A stretch of DNA of 32,000 nt from Candidatus Moranella endobia PCIT. Its GTDB lineage: Bacteria > Pseudomonadota > Gammaproteobacteria > Enterobacterales > Enterobacteriaceae. Location of the stretch: the NCBI RefSeq assembly GCF_000219175.1, contig NC_015735.1, positions 330,001 to 362,000 of the forward strand, read 5' to 3'. Within the stretch, counting starts at the first letter, position 1; every line of letters begins with the position of its first letter. The position numbers and the translations under genes are program-made. Under the pieces are notes generated by a model, which was not told the origin of the DNA, made no database searches, and was given only the letters and a program-made list of their open reading frames with translations. Of the stretch, positions 10,582 to 22,711 are shown in pieces.

Positions 10582-10654
10582 GGGTATAGCCAAGCGGTAA
10601 GGCACCGGATTCTGATTCCGGCATCCCCAGGTTCGAATCCTGGTACCCCAGCCT
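10582..10654 (+). tRNA. glnV: tRNA-Gln(CTG); genomic 3' end reads CCT rather than CCA
   Basis: Acceptor TGGGGTA/TACCCCA, loop TTCTGAT with CTG anticodon, T-arm CCAGGTTCGAATCCTGG; discriminator G followed by CCT. Confidence 0.93.
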
Positions 10655-10972
10655 TCAATTATTTTCCAATGTTGCATGCAGTTTTTGCATTGTTTTTATG
10701 CCGAATATTGAGTTACAGTTAAATAATTATACTTCTCACGCAACAATATAAAGAGGTGTCTGTGTCATTTAGTTCTTATTATCATCTCAACGAGAAGATC
10801 GTAATTGTTGGCATCAGCCGCCAATACAATATTGACTTTTATAAGTTGGTAATAAGTTAAATTTTCTGCTGGTTTTTACGAACTACCGGCGCTGGTAGAC
10901 TACATTGCTTGTATGATATTGATGTTTATACCAGTTTATTATGGAATCTGCTCTTGTTGAACCTAACTAAGT

Positions 10973-12697
10973 ATGCGTACTAGCCAATATCTTCTGGCTA
11001 CCATCAAGGACATTCCCACTGATGCTGACTTGATTAGTCATCAGCTGATGCTACGAGCTGGTATGATTCGCAAACTAGCTTCCGGTCTTTATAACTGGCT
11101 ACCTACTGGTTTACGTGTACTGCGTAAAGTAGAAAATATCGTGCGGGAAGAAATGAACAAAGCCGGTGCAATTGAATTATCCATGCCGGTAGTACAGCCA
11201 GCAGCTTTGTGGAAGGAAAGTGGACGTTGGTTTCAATATGGTCCGGAACTGCTAAGGTTTGCTGACCGCGGCACGCGCCAGTTAGTACTTGGCCCAACGC
11301 ATGAAGAGGTGATAACTGATCTCATTCGCAATGAGATCAGTTCTTACAAGCAGTTGCCGTTGAATTTCTATCAGATACAAACTAAATTTCGTGACGAAAT
11401 ACGACCGCGTTTCGGCGTCATGCGCTCGCGGGAGTTTGTAATGAAAGATGGCTATTCCTTCCATACTAGCCAAGATTCGCTAAATAATACCTATAACGCG
11501 ATGTATAATGCGTATAGTGCTATTTTCACACGTATGGGGTTGGAGTTCCGTGCGGTACATGCAGAAACAGGCTCCATCGGAGGTAGCACATCCCACGAGT
11601 TTCAGGTTATAGCTGACAGCGGTGAGGACGAGATTGTTTTCTCGACAGCATCAAATTACGCCGCCAATATCGAATTGGCCGAGGCTGTCGCCCCGAGCGT
11701 CATGCGCGCCACTCCTGGAGAAAAAATGCGACTAGTGGATACACGAGATATCCATACCATCGCTGAACTGGTGGCACACTTTGCGCTTCCGCTGGAAAAA
11801 ACTGTTAAAACGCTGTTAGTACGCGCCAGAAAAGACACTGGTCATCAACTTGTTGCGCTGATAGTACGTGGCGATCATCAGCTAAATTACGTTAAAGCGG
11901 AGAAATTGCCGCAGGTCGCCGTCCCACTGACATTTGCCCAAGAAGAGGAACTCAACTTGGTATTCGGCACCGAACTCAGTTTTTTTGGTCCGGTGAATAT
12001 GAAACTGCCGCTAGTCATCGACCACAGCGTGGCGGCAATGAGTGACTTTGTTGCCGGTGCTAACATAAATGGTAAACATTTTTTTGGAATTAACTGGGAA
12101 CGAGATTTGCCGCTGCCCCAGGTAGCTGATCTGCGCAAAGTTGTCGACGGTGATCTCAGTCCTGACGGTGAAGGATATCTGCAAATTAAGCGCGGAATTG
12201 AAGTAGGTCATCTCTTCCAGCTAGGCACAAAATATTCAGAAGTTATGAAAGCAACCGTTCAGGTTGACCAAGATCATCATCAAACGCTGATTATGGGCTG
12301 CTACGGCATAGGTATCACCCGCATAGTAGCAGCAGCTATCGAGCAAAACCATGACGAGCATGGTATTTTGTGGCCAGAGGCACTGGCACCTTTCAATGTT
12401 GCTATTTTACCAATGAATATGCATAAATCCTGCCGTGTTAAAAATATAGCGGAAAACCTTTATCAGCAGCTTCAGATGCGAGGTTTCGATGTTCTTCTAG
12501 ATGACCGCGAAGAGCGCCCTGGCGTCATGTTTACTGATATGGAACTAATCGGTGTACCACATCAGTTGATCATAGGCGATCGTCATCTCTATAAAGAAGA
12601 AATAGAGTATAAAAATCGTTGCAACGGTAATAGATGTATAATGAATATCAGTTTGATTGTTGACTTTTTAACAAAGAAAATTACTACAGCTAGCTAA
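10973..12697 (+). CDS. proS: Prolyl-tRNA synthetase
   Basis: 574 aa; [74 protein letters not shown]. Confidence 0.97.
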   Translation: MRTSQYLLATIKDIPTDADLISHQLMLRAGMIRKLASGLYNWLPTGLRVLRKVENIVREEMNKAGAIELSMPVVQPAALWKESGRWFQYGPELLRFADRGTRQLVLGPTHEEVITDLIRNEISSYKQLPLNFYQIQTKFRDEIRPRFGVMRSREFVMKDGYSFHTSQDSLNNTYNAMYNAYSAIFTRMGLEFRAVHAETGSIGGSTSHEFQVIADSGEDEIVFSTASNYAANIELAEAVAPSVMRATPGEKMRLVDTRDIHTIAELVAHFALPLEKTVKTLLVRARKDTGHQLVALIVRGDHQLNYVKAEKLPQVAVPLTFAQEEELNLVFGTELSFFGPVNMKLPLVIDHSVAAMSDFVAGANINGKHFFGINWERDLPLPQVADLRKVVDGDLSPDGEGYLQIKRGIEVGHLFQLGTKYSEVMKATVQVDQDHHQTLIMGCYGIGITRIVAAAIEQNHDEHGILWPEALAPFNVAILPMNMHKSCRVKNIAENLYQQLQMRGFDVLLDDREERPGVMFTDMELIGVPHQLIIGDRHLYKEEIEYKNRCNGNRCIMNISLIVDFLTKKITTAS

Positions 12698-12823
12698 ATG
12701 ATACTTGCGATTGTATTATAATTTGATAGTAAGTAGTAAAAACGTAATACGGCGTAGAATATTAATGTTTATATTGCATCATCGTAGATGACAAGCGCTT
12801 GGAAAATCCCTATACTCCTACTA

Positions 12824-13196
12824 GGAGTTAACCAGACAGTCGCTGCTTTACCGTTGTCCCAATATGGGAAACGGGGTGGGGGAGGAAAGTCCGGGCTCCA
12901 TAGGGCAGGGTGCCAGGTAACGCCTGGGAGGTGTAAACCTACGACAAGTGCAACAGAGAGAAAACCGCCTATGGCCCCTAACGGGATCAGGTAAGGGTGC
13001 AAGGGTGCGGTAAGAGCGCACCGCGCGGCTGGTAACAGTTCGCGGCACGGTAAACTCCACCCGGAGCAAGGCCAAATAGAGGTTCTCATGGTATGGCCCG
13101 TACTGAACCCGGGTAGGCTGCTTGAGCTAGTGCGTGAGTACTGGCCTAGATGAATGACTGTCCACGACAGAACCCGGCTTAACGGTTAACTCCATT
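12824..13196 (+). ncRNA. rnpB: RNase P RNA (M1 RNA), bacterial type A
   Basis: GAGGAAAGTCCGGGCTCCATAGGGCAGGGTGCCAGGTAACGCCTGG..., AACAGAGAG, GGTAAACTCCACCCGGAGCAAGGCCAAATAG; terminal arms GGAGTTAACC/GGTTAACTCC pair as helix P1. Ends approximate. Confidence 0.94.
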
Positions 13197-13482
13197 ACTC
13201 AGTTAAACCTACCTACATCTTAAGTACATACCCCATTTAAAATGTTGATATTATAGCTGGTTGGGGTTACTCAGGCGCTGATCGTGCGTTCTATCTAGCC
13301 AATAATTATTTGTGATAAATCTAAATACCCAAAGTTTTACCGAATATAGGTATGTGTTTTAGGTAAGATTTCACACCTACTACAAAAATCAATCAAATAT
13401 TAATATTATGCGGCTTGTATGCCGTACTATTACATTCCGCGCCATGCAGCGCGGGTTAGCATGGTTTTTAGGAGATTAGTTT

Positions 13483-14880
13483 ATGGCACTGTGGGGCGGA
13501 AGGTTCAGCCAGGTTTCAGATCAACGTTTTAAATCTTTTAATGACTCACTTTGTTTCGACTATCGCTTAGCTGAACAGGATATTATTAGTTCGTTAGCTT
13601 GGTCCCGCGCTTTGGTTACCGTAGGTGTGTTGAGCGAATATGAGCAAAAACAGGTGGAAGATGCTTTAAACATCATCTTGGAAGAAGTGCATACCACGCC
13701 GGATGCCATCCTTACCAGCGCGGCGGAAGATATTCACAGCTGGGTTGAACAACGATTGATTGAAAAAGTTGGTGACTTAGGTAAGAAGTTACATACCGGA
13801 CGCAGTCGTAACGATCAGGTAGCAACTGATCTTAAATTATGGTGCAAAGCACAAGTAACAGAATTACTTAGCGCAATACGGAAATTACAGCAAGCACTGG
13901 TGTTAACTGCCGAGGCAAATCAAGACGTGGTAATGCCAGGCTATACCCATTTGCAACGTGCGCAACCAATTACTTTTGCCCATTGGAATCTAGCATACTA
14001 TGAAATGTTGTCACGTGATGAAAGCCGCCTTATGGATACATTAACACGGCTGGACGTAAGTCCGCTAGGTACCGGTGCGCTAGCTGGTACAGCCTACGCT
14101 ATCGATCGCGATCGGTTAGCTGGCTGGCTAGGTTTTGCTGGTGCCACCCGCAATAGTCTGGATAGCGTTTCCGATCGCGATCATGTTATAGAATTGATAT
14201 CTGACGCGGCAATTGGAATGGTACATCTATCCCGTTTTTCCGAGGATCTGATTTTCTTTAACACTGGCGAAGCAGGATTTATAGAATTATCCGATAGTGT
14301 CACATCCGGCTCATCGCTAATGCCACAAAAGAAAAATCCAGATGCGTTGGAACTGATCCGGGGTAAATGTGGGAGGGTACAAGGCGCACTAACCAGTATT
14401 ATGATGACCCTAAAGGGATTACCGCTAGCATACAATAAAGATATGCAAGAAGATAAAGAAGGGCTATTTGACGCACTGGATACATGGCTGGACTGCCTAC
14501 ACATAGCAACACTGGTACTCGATGGTATGCAACTTAAAGCCACAATTTGCCGGGAAGCAGCGCAGCAAGGTTATGCTAATGCGACTGAGCTTGCGGATTA
14601 TTTGGTGGCAAAAGGTATTCCCTTTCGCGAGGCGCACCATATTGTTGGTAAAGTAGTGGTAGAAGCCATTCGCATTGGACTTCCCTTAGAGGCTATACCA
14701 CTGGTACAACTGCAGGCATTCAGTACGGTTATAGACCTGGATGTTTATCCAGTACTAGCTTTGTCATCATGTCTTGCGCAACGTCATGCTAAAGGTGGTG
14801 TAGCGCCAGAACAGATCGCGCAGGCTATCTTGGAAGCAAAACAGTCTCTGAGAAGCAAAATAGCGGTTGATGTAAATTAG
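13483..14880 (+). CDS. argH: Argininosuccinate lyase
   Basis: [27 protein letters not shown], signature [23 protein letters not shown]; full length 465 aa. Confidence 0.97.
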   Translation: MALWGGRFSQVSDQRFKSFNDSLCFDYRLAEQDIISSLAWSRALVTVGVLSEYEQKQVEDALNIILEEVHTTPDAILTSAAEDIHSWVEQRLIEKVGDLGKKLHTGRSRNDQVATDLKLWCKAQVTELLSAIRKLQQALVLTAEANQDVVMPGYTHLQRAQPITFAHWNLAYYEMLSRDESRLMDTLTRLDVSPLGTGALAGTAYAIDRDRLAGWLGFAGATRNSLDSVSDRDHVIELISDAAIGMVHLSRFSEDLIFFNTGEAGFIELSDSVTSGSSLMPQKKNPDALELIRGKCGRVQGALTSIMMTLKGLPLAYNKDMQEDKEGLFDALDTWLDCLHIATLVLDGMQLKATICREAAQQGYANATELADYLVAKGIPFREAHHIVGKVVVEAIRIGLPLEAIPLVQLQAFSTVIDLDVYPVLALSSCLAQRHAKGGVAPEQIAQAILEAKQSLRSKIAVDVN

Positions 14881-14987
14881 TAAATTAATTGTTGTAGTTT
14901 GCGTTAAAATTGCACCAACTAGTCAGATTGAACAGCTATAAAGTTGTTTAGTAAACACTGTTACAACTATAAATAGAGACCATGATT

Positions 14988-15611
14988 ATGAACTTTACGC
15001 TACCTTACCTGCCTTATAGCTATGAGGCTATGGAACCTCATATTGACAAAGAAACAATGAGGATTCATCATACCAAACACCACCAAGCATATGTCAATAA
15101 TGCAAACATCGCCTTGGAAAACTTCCCGGATTTTGCCCATATGCCGGTTGACGAGCTTATTCAAAAACTTGATCAGATCCATGCGAACAACCAAACTTTA
15201 CTGTTACTACGTAATAATGCAGGTGGTCATGCTAACCATAGCCTGTTCTGGAATGGTTTAAAACAAGGTACTATCTTGCAAGGCAAATTTAAAAGTGCTA
15301 TTGAACATGATTTCGGTAATATTGAAGCCTTCAAAGAAACTTTCGAACAGTCTGCTGTAGCTTATTTCGGTTCTGGCTGGACCTGGCTTGTAAAAAAAGA
15401 TCTAAAACTGGCCGTAGTATCCACTGCCAACCAGGACAATCCACTTATGGGTGAAGCTATTTCTGGTACCGCCGGCTACCCAATTTTGGGCTTAGATATT
15501 TGGGAGCACGCTTATTATTTAAAATATCAAAATCGACGTACAGATTACGTCAAATCATTCTGGCACGTAGTAAACTGGGATGTAGCAGCCGCTCGTTTCA
15601 ATCAAGCCTAA
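14988..15611 (+). CDS. sodA: Superoxide dismutase, Mn type by similarity to SodA
   Basis: [55 protein letters not shown]; start at 14988 by similarity (14982 also possible). Confidence 0.93.
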   Translation: MNFTLPYLPYSYEAMEPHIDKETMRIHHTKHHQAYVNNANIALENFPDFAHMPVDELIQKLDQIHANNQTLLLLRNNAGGHANHSLFWNGLKQGTILQGKFKSAIEHDFGNIEAFKETFEQSAVAYFGSGWTWLVKKDLKLAVVSTANQDNPLMGEAISGTAGYPILGLDIWEHAYYLKYQNRRTDYVKSFWHVVNWDVAAARFNQA

Positions 15612-15972
15612 TTTATCCTCATCGCACTGTTTGTTTGCCAGCCTATCCTAGTTACCACCGTATCAGCAAGGCGATGATACGGTGGTAACTAAGAAGAACA
15701 AAAAATAATGGTGAGGGAAGGTAAAGTATTGGAATATGTTGTGTGATTATTGCCGAATAAACTATTCGGCATATTAGATTAGATCCAGTGCTTATTTTGC
15801 AATATGTTGAATTATCAACAACTAACTATTATCACTAAGCAAGTTTGCTTATTGCTCCTACCCCCTATCGCACTGAAAAACGGTTGAGGTATAACTGAAC
15901 ATTTCCAGATATGCTGGGAAGAGCGCGCTAAATTATTCGTTGAAGGTGCTAGACAGCACAGAAAATAACACC

Positions 15973-17514
15973 ATGAACTTATTAAAAGTGTTGGCAGCTG
16001 TTAGCTCAGTAACTATTATTTCTCGCATTGTGGGTTTTATTCGCGATGTAATCGTTGCTAGCGTGTTTGGCGCAGGTATGGCAAGCGATGCTTTTTTTAT
16101 CGCTTTTAAAATTCCTAATTTGCTTCGTCGAATATTTGCCGAAGGAGCACTTTCACAGGCTTTTGTTCCAGTTTTGGCTGAATATAAGAGCCAGCAGGGC
16201 AACGTTTCCACCCGCCTATTTATTGCCTATATCGCTGGCTTACTAACGTTGGTGCTGACGCTAGTCACTGTCGCAGGTATAATAGCAGCACCTTGGATGA
16301 TTATAATCACTGCGCCGGGATTTACCGATACGCCAGAAAAATGCGCTCTAACCACCTCGCTGTTACGTTGCACTTTCCCCTATATTTTACTCATCTCCCT
16401 CACCTCGCTGGTTGGAACAATACTCAATACCTGGAGCCTGTTCTCGGTGCCAGCAGTGGCGCCAACGTTGCTTAACGTCAGTATAATTGGATGCTTACTA
16501 CTAACTGTACCGTTGTTTCATCCTCCGGTAATGGCCCTGGCCTGGGCAGTCATAACTGGTGGCGTTATACAATTTTGTTATCAACTGGCATACTTGAAAA
16601 AAATAGGCATGTTAGTGCTACCTAGGATACAATTACGTGATGCTGGTGTATGGCGTGTACTTCAGCAAATCGGACCGACAATGATCGGCTTTTCTGTCAG
16701 CCAGATTTCTCTGATTAGTAACACTATATTAGCTTCATTTCTGGTGTCAGGCTCAGTATCATGGATATATTATGCTGACCGTTTGATGGAATGCCCATCC
16801 GGAGTGCTAGGTGTTGCACTGGGAACCATTTTACTGACCTCGTTATCGCGAAGCATTACCTGCGACCATCAAGATGAATATTCCAGACTGCTGGATTGGG
16901 GACTACGCTTATGCTTTATATTAGCGTTGCCAAGCGCGGTGGCACTTGCAATTTTGGCATATCCGTTAACGGTAGCATTGTTCCAGTACGGTAAGTTTTC
17001 CGCCTTTGACGTTTTTATGACCCAGAGAGCGCTGACCGCCTACTCTATTGGTTTGGTTGGAATAATTTTGGTAAAAGTACTAGCGCCCGGATTTTACTGC
17101 TGTCAGGATATTAAAACACCTGTGCGGATGGCGATAATTACGTTGGTAATGACACAACTGCTGAACTTAACCTTTCTTAGTACGCTAAATCACGCCAGTC
17201 TGTCACTATCTATTGGTCTTGCTGCTTATCTAAATGCTGGTCTTTTATACTTGCAGTTACTTCGAAAAAAAATATTTCAGCCCCAGCCAGGCTGGCTTAG
17301 TTTTTTTTGCCGTCTAATGTTAGCCATAATTATAATGGCCGCGACGTTGGTCGGGCTGTTATCAGTAATGACAGACTGGACGCAGGGCTGCATGCCCTGG
17401 AGGCTGGTGCGCTTGATGCTTGTGGTATTGGTAGGTATTGTATTTTATTGCACTTCATTGTGGTGGTTGGGATTACGACCAAGCCAATTCAAACGCTCGT
17501 TACAGAATTACTAA
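15973..17514 (+). CDS. murJ: Lipid II flippase MurJ (MviN)
   Basis: [72 protein letters not shown]; start at 15973 by similarity, ORF opens at 15940. Confidence 0.95.
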   Translation: MNLLKVLAAVSSVTIISRIVGFIRDVIVASVFGAGMASDAFFIAFKIPNLLRRIFAEGALSQAFVPVLAEYKSQQGNVSTRLFIAYIAGLLTLVLTLVTVAGIIAAPWMIIITAPGFTDTPEKCALTTSLLRCTFPYILLISLTSLVGTILNTWSLFSVPAVAPTLLNVSIIGCLLLTVPLFHPPVMALAWAVITGGVIQFCYQLAYLKKIGMLVLPRIQLRDAGVWRVLQQIGPTMIGFSVSQISLISNTILASFLVSGSVSWIYYADRLMECPSGVLGVALGTILLTSLSRSITCDHQDEYSRLLDWGLRLCFILALPSAVALAILAYPLTVALFQYGKFSAFDVFMTQRALTAYSIGLVGIILVKVLAPGFYCCQDIKTPVRMAIITLVMTQLLNLTFLSTLNHASLSLSIGLAAYLNAGLLYLQLLRKKIFQPQPGWLSFFCRLMLAIIIMAATLVGLLSVMTDWTQGCMPWRLVRLMLVVLVGIVFYCTSLWWLGLRPSQFKRSLQNY

Positions 17515-17578
17515 AGAGTGTCTCGTATGCATCAGACGTGCTATTTGCTTATCGATTCTGGCAGTAATTTGCAGATAG

Positions 17579-19309
17579 TTACATTCTTTCAACAGTTTCG
17601 ATACCCAATAACTCTAGTCCTTGCTTCAGTATGCGCGCGGTTAGCAATGCCAGTTGGAGACGGCTTTGTCGTAACGTGTCATTCTGAGCATTCAGAATGG
17701 GACAAGTTTCGTAAAAGACTGAAAATAGCATAGCTAGGTCATAAAGATAGGCACATAACACGTGGGGTGTGCCATGTCGTGCTACTGTAACGATTGCCTC
17801 TTCCAACTGCAGCAGACGAACTGCTAGCTGTATTTCCTGTTTTGCCTCTAGCTTAATATGGCCGTTTAGCTGTTGCTCATCCTGGTAGCTGCGTTTTAAT
17901 ATCGATGCTATCCTGGTATAGGCATATTGCATATAAGGCGCGGTATTACCCTCGAAACTCAGCATATTGTCCCAGTTGAAAATATAATCAGTAGTGCGGT
18001 TTTTCGATAAATCGGCATACTTAACTGCCCCGATACCAATCACCTGAGCAATCCGTTCCAGCTCATTAGCTTCCATAGTTGGATTTTTAACAGAAATAAT
18101 TCTTCTAGCGCGTTCTAGCGCTTCGTCCAGCAGTTCAGTGAGCTTGATTACACCGCCGGCGCGGGTTTTAAACGGCTTACCGTCCTTACCTAACATCATA
18201 CCAAACATGTGGTGTTCAATGGGTACTGACTCAGGCACGTAGTTGGCTTTACGAACGATAGTCCACGCCTGCATCAAATGCTGATGCTGGCGTGAATCAA
18301 TATAATAGATAATTCGATCAGCTTTTAGAGTTTCGTAGCGGTATTTGGCACAGGCGATATCTGTTGTTGTATATAGGTAAGCGCTATCTTTTTTTTGGAT
18401 TACTACCCCTATCGGTTCACCATCTTTATTCTTAAATTCCTCTAGAAAAACCACGATGGCACCTTTACTCTCTACAGCCAGCCCTTTAGCCTTTAAATCC
18501 GCTACTATACCAGGCAACATAGCGTTATATAGACTCTCCCCCATAACATCATTACGCTTCAGCGTTACGTTAAGCAGATCATAAGTTTGTTGATTTTTCG
18601 CCATGGTAAGATCCACTAAATGACGCCACATACGCCGGCAATATTCATCACCAACCTGGAGTTTTACCACATAACTGCGGGCGCGTTCGGCAAAAGATGG
18701 CTCCTCATCATAATGATGTTTAGCAGCGCGATAAAAATTTTCTATACTTGATAGCTGCATGTCAGCTTCGCTATTTTTCTGCACTTTTTCTAGATAAGCT
18801 ATCAGCATGCCAAACTGCGTTCCCCAATCACCGACGTGGTTGGCCCTTATGACATTATGGCCCAAAAATGTCAGTGTACGCACTGATGCATCGCCGATGA
18901 TGGTTGAGCGTAAATGACCAACATGCATTTCTTTGGCAATATTGGGCGCAGAATAATCAACCACAATCGTCTGCGGAACGGCACTAGTCACCCCCAGACG
19001 CGGTGAGGCAAGAGCCTCAGTAAGCTGCTGAGCTAGCCAGTGTGGTTCGAGAAAAATGTTGATGAAACCAGGATCAGCGATATTAATTTTGCAGGCTATA
19101 CCGTTTAAGTCAAGCAAACCTACGACTTTTTCCGCTAGCGCACGGGGCCGCCAACCGTGCTGTTTGGCAAGCGCCATAACACCATTTACCTGATAATCAC
19201 CGTACTGAGATTTCGCTGATGGTCGAACCTGCGCTTCACAGTCAGTACTAGCACCTGCAGCTACAAGTACCTGCTTGATTTTGTTCGATATTAGTATGCG
19301 GATATTCAT
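17579..19309 (-). CDS. argS: Arginyl-tRNA synthetase
   Basis: [53 protein letters not shown]-terminus LGIETVERM; 576 aa. Confidence 0.97.
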   Translation of the reverse strand: MNIRILISNKIKQVLVAAGASTDCEAQVRPSAKSQYGDYQVNGVMALAKQHGWRPRALAEKVVGLLDLNGIACKINIADPGFINIFLEPHWLAQQLTEALASPRLGVTSAVPQTIVVDYSAPNIAKEMHVGHLRSTIIGDASVRTLTFLGHNVIRANHVGDWGTQFGMLIAYLEKVQKNSEADMQLSSIENFYRAAKHHYDEEPSFAERARSYVVKLQVGDEYCRRMWRHLVDLTMAKNQQTYDLLNVTLKRNDVMGESLYNAMLPGIVADLKAKGLAVESKGAIVVFLEEFKNKDGEPIGVVIQKKDSAYLYTTTDIACAKYRYETLKADRIIYYIDSRQHQHLMQAWTIVRKANYVPESVPIEHHMFGMMLGKDGKPFKTRAGGVIKLTELLDEALERARRIISVKNPTMEANELERIAQVIGIGAVKYADLSKNRTTDYIFNWDNMLSFEGNTAPYMQYAYTRIASILKRSYQDEQQLNGHIKLEAKQEIQLAVRLLQLEEAIVTVARHGTPHVLCAYLYDLAMLFSVFYETCPILNAQNDTLRQSRLQLALLTARILKQGLELLGIETVERM

Positions 19310-19829
19310 CGAAATACCTTTGTGGCATGGATACCACGCTCTTCAAGCGTTAATGCTTGGCTAGCTATTATAGCATCAGCAAACAGTATATTTACGTAAT
19401 CGACCACCTCTCTTAATTTTTATTTTATTACTTATAATTCCATGTTTATAAAAACAGAGTTAATCTCATCCATTGTACTAAGTACTAAGGATGAAACATT
19501 TGAACAAAGCCGTATCAGATGATAAAATCATGGCTGCAGCAGCTATAGGTGATGTGTTGATCGCTTTGCTGCAGCATGCATGATTGTGCTATCGATATGT
19601 TTCAGCAGATATTTATGAAAACTAATTTTTTAGTTCTTTCCAAAGATTATTTTTGAACTAACTAACTTATAGTTAATTAAACTATATAAATATATAGGAT
19701 GTGCTTTTACATACAATTAACCTATGTACAAATATTGTGTTTATCTCAATATAAATAACTGGTGGTCTTATAGCTAGGTTTTAGCGTCAAAATTACTTAT
19801 TGCATACGATATCAATTAGGTAAAGGTAA

Positions 19830-22424
19830 ATGGGTACAGCCCTTGTTATTGTTGAATCGCCAGCCAAAGCTAAGACAATTAATAAATATTTGGGCAAGGG
19901 CTACGTAGTTAAGTCAAGCGTTGGTCATATTCGCGATTTGCCTAAGAAAAGTCCCGCAAGTAAAAATAAAAATAATACGTGTATACCTGACCAGCATACT
20001 GTGCTAATAAAACGGATGGGAATTGATCCTTTCCATAGTTGGAAAGCAAGGTATGAAATTTTACCCGGTAAAGAAAAGTTGGTGACTGAGTTAAGAGCTT
20101 TGGCGGAAGAAGCCGATCACGTTTATCTCGCAACTGATCTTGACCGCGAAGGGGAGGCGATTGCCTGGCATTTACGCGAAGCTATCGGTGGTGATGAGAA
20201 ACGTTTTAGACGGGTGGTGTTCAATGAAATTACCCGCAACGCTGTCACACAGGCTTTTGAAAATCCGGTAGTACTGAATATGAACCGGGTCAATGCCCAA
20301 CAGGCGAGGCGGTTTATGGACCGCATCGTTGGATATATGGTATCGCCACTACTGTGGAAAAAAATAGCGCGGGGCCTATCTGCTGGAAGGGTCCAATCAG
20401 TGGCAGTGAGACTAGTAGTAGAGCGTGAGCGTGAAATAAAATCGTTTATGCCGGCAGAGTATTGGGAACTACATGTCGCTCTGCAGACGTCACAAGCCGC
20501 ACAATTAATGATGAAAGTGACACATCAGCAGGAAAAACCATTTAAACCGGCAAAGCAACAGCAACTTCAGGCAGCAATCTCTATACTAGAACATACGGAT
20601 TATATAGTTAGCAACCGTGACGATAAAATTACTACCAGTAAACCAGGGTCACCTTTCACAACGTCGACGCTCCAGCAGGCAGCCAGCCTTCACCTAGGAT
20701 ATAGGGTGAAGAAAACCATGTTACTGGCGCAAAGACTGTATGAAGCCGGACATATTACCTATATGCGTACTGACTCCACTCATTTAAGTCGAAATGCGCT
20801 TAACATGGCACGCTGCTATATCAGCGCCGCTTTCGGCCATTCCTATCTGCCAACACAGCCCAAAGAATATGTCAGTAAAAATAATTCCCAGGAAGCTCAT
20901 GAGGCGATACGTCCATCAGACGTCAGTGCCCTTGCGGAGCAGTTGAACAACATGGAAGCAGAAGCACAGAAACTATATCAGTTGATCTGGCGTCAATTTG
21001 TCGCCTGTCAAATGAAGCCGGCGCAATATAATTACACAATACTAACTGTGAACGCTGGTGAATTTCAGCTCAGCGCCCACGGTCGTCAGCTAATGTTTGA
21101 TGGTTGGACCAAAGTTATGCCGACACAGCATACTGAGAAAGACAAGCGTACTTTGCCAACTGTGAAAGAAGGTAACAATCTTACACTGAACAAAATTCTA
21201 CCCAGTCAACATTTCACTAAGCCTCCCGCCCGGTACAGCGAAGCTTCGTTGGTGAAAGAACTGGAAAAACGTGGTATCGGTCGGCCGTCAACCTATGTTT
21301 CGATAATATCGACGATTCAAGAGCGCGGCTATGTCCACGCTGACAATCGTCGTTTTTATGCGGAAAAGATAGGGGAAATTGTCACCGATCGTCTAGAAGA
21401 GAACTTCAGTGAGCTGATGAGTTATGATTTTACCGCCAAAATGGAAGCGACACTCGATCAGGTGGCTACTAATCAGCAGGATTGGAAAAGCGTACTAGAC
21501 GCTTTTTTTTCCAAATTTAGCCAGCAGCTTAAAAACGCTGAGCAAAATCCGGTAGACGGAGGCATGCGGCTCAATCAGATGATTATGACTAGCATCAATT
21601 GTCTTGTCTGTGACCGCCCGATGGGGATCCGTACAGCCAGTACTGGTGTATTCTTGGGCTGTTCAGGCTACCAGCTACCCCCGAAAGATCGCTGCAAAAA
21701 TACTATTCATCTTATCCCTGAATCAGAAACCTTGAATAGGTTTACTGTAGGTGATGAAGAAACCAATGCACTACGCGCACGCCGCCGCTGCGTAAAATGC
21801 CGCACCGCTATGGACAACTATGTCATCGATAGTAAGCGCAAAATCCACGTATGCGGTAAAAATCCGCTGTGTGACGGCTATAATATAGAACAGGGTGAGT
21901 TTATAGTCGTGGCCTATAATGGCCGAGTAGTAGAATGTGAAAAATGTGGCTTCAACATGCAATTGAAATTTGGACGTTTTGGTAAATACATAGCTTGTAC
22001 TAACAACAACTGTAAGAATACCCGCAAGATCCTGCGTAACGGAGATGTAGCGCCGCCGAAGGAAGATCCAGTGCTGCTGCCTGAGCTGCCTTGCTACGGG
22101 CATTCGGACGCGTACTTTGTGCTGCGTGAAGGAGCAGTTGGAGTATTTTTGGCTGCTAATACGTTTCCAAAATACCGTGAGACCCGCAAACCATTAGTAG
22201 CAGAACTAGCTCGTTTCCGCGAACGCTTACCAGTAAAGCTGCAATATCTAGCTGATGCTCCCATAGAGGATGACGAGGGTAATAGCACCTTAGTACGCTT
22301 TAGCCGCAAAACGAAACAACAATATATCTCCTCGGAAAAGGATGGTAAGGCTACAGGCTGGACAGCGTTCTATGTTAACGGTAAATGGCAGGTGAATAGA
22401 AAATCATCCGGTTGCGGTCCTTAG
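19830..22424 (+). CDS. topA: DNA topoisomerase I, including C-terminal zinc-binding domains
   Basis: [43 protein letters not shown]-type active site region, four-Cys clusters CLVCDRP..., CVKCRTAM..., CEKCGFNMQ; 864 aa. Confidence 0.97.
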   Translation: MGTALVIVESPAKAKTINKYLGKGYVVKSSVGHIRDLPKKSPASKNKNNTCIPDQHTVLIKRMGIDPFHSWKARYEILPGKEKLVTELRALAEEADHVYLATDLDREGEAIAWHLREAIGGDEKRFRRVVFNEITRNAVTQAFENPVVLNMNRVNAQQARRFMDRIVGYMVSPLLWKKIARGLSAGRVQSVAVRLVVEREREIKSFMPAEYWELHVALQTSQAAQLMMKVTHQQEKPFKPAKQQQLQAAISILEHTDYIVSNRDDKITTSKPGSPFTTSTLQQAASLHLGYRVKKTMLLAQRLYEAGHITYMRTDSTHLSRNALNMARCYISAAFGHSYLPTQPKEYVSKNNSQEAHEAIRPSDVSALAEQLNNMEAEAQKLYQLIWRQFVACQMKPAQYNYTILTVNAGEFQLSAHGRQLMFDGWTKVMPTQHTEKDKRTLPTVKEGNNLTLNKILPSQHFTKPPARYSEASLVKELEKRGIGRPSTYVSIISTIQERGYVHADNRRFYAEKIGEIVTDRLEENFSELMSYDFTAKMEATLDQVATNQQDWKSVLDAFFSKFSQQLKNAEQNPVDGGMRLNQMIMTSINCLVCDRPMGIRTASTGVFLGCSGYQLPPKDRCKNTIHLIPESETLNRFTVGDEETNALRARRRCVKCRTAMDNYVIDSKRKIHVCGKNPLCDGYNIEQGEFIVVAYNGRVVECEKCGFNMQLKFGRFGKYIACTNNNCKNTRKILRNGDVAPPKEDPVLLPELPCYGHSDAYFVLREGAVGVFLAANTFPKYRETRKPLVAELARFRERLPVKLQYLADAPIEDDEGNSTLVRFSRKTKQQYISSEKDGKATGWTAFYVNGKWQVNRKSSGCGP

Positions 22425-22711
22425 CCAGAACTGATTTTGCTAATGGACGCTGTTACGCTATTTCTTCGTACCTGGTTAAGTAGCTGCTGCTGTACTGTCT
22501 GGTAGTATTTCACTGTGCGTCAGAGCTTAAGTAATATATTACGACAATAATCGTTCCTCTACTGCCGAAAGCACACCTATCAGCCATGGATCAGCAAAAT
22601 AGGTATGAGTGAGAATAAATTTTCACTAGAGCTAGCCAAGTTGATATTTTGGCCGGGGCGCGATATTATCTCCAATGTATGGTGCGGTGTCCACCCTTGG
22701 GCAACCAGCAG

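Noticed and set aside
12769-13089. 106 aa minus-strand ORF and overlapping ORFs at 12788..12994 and 12848..13075
   Set aside because: They lie over the RNase P RNA gene; the openness comes from the GC-rich structured RNA sequence.
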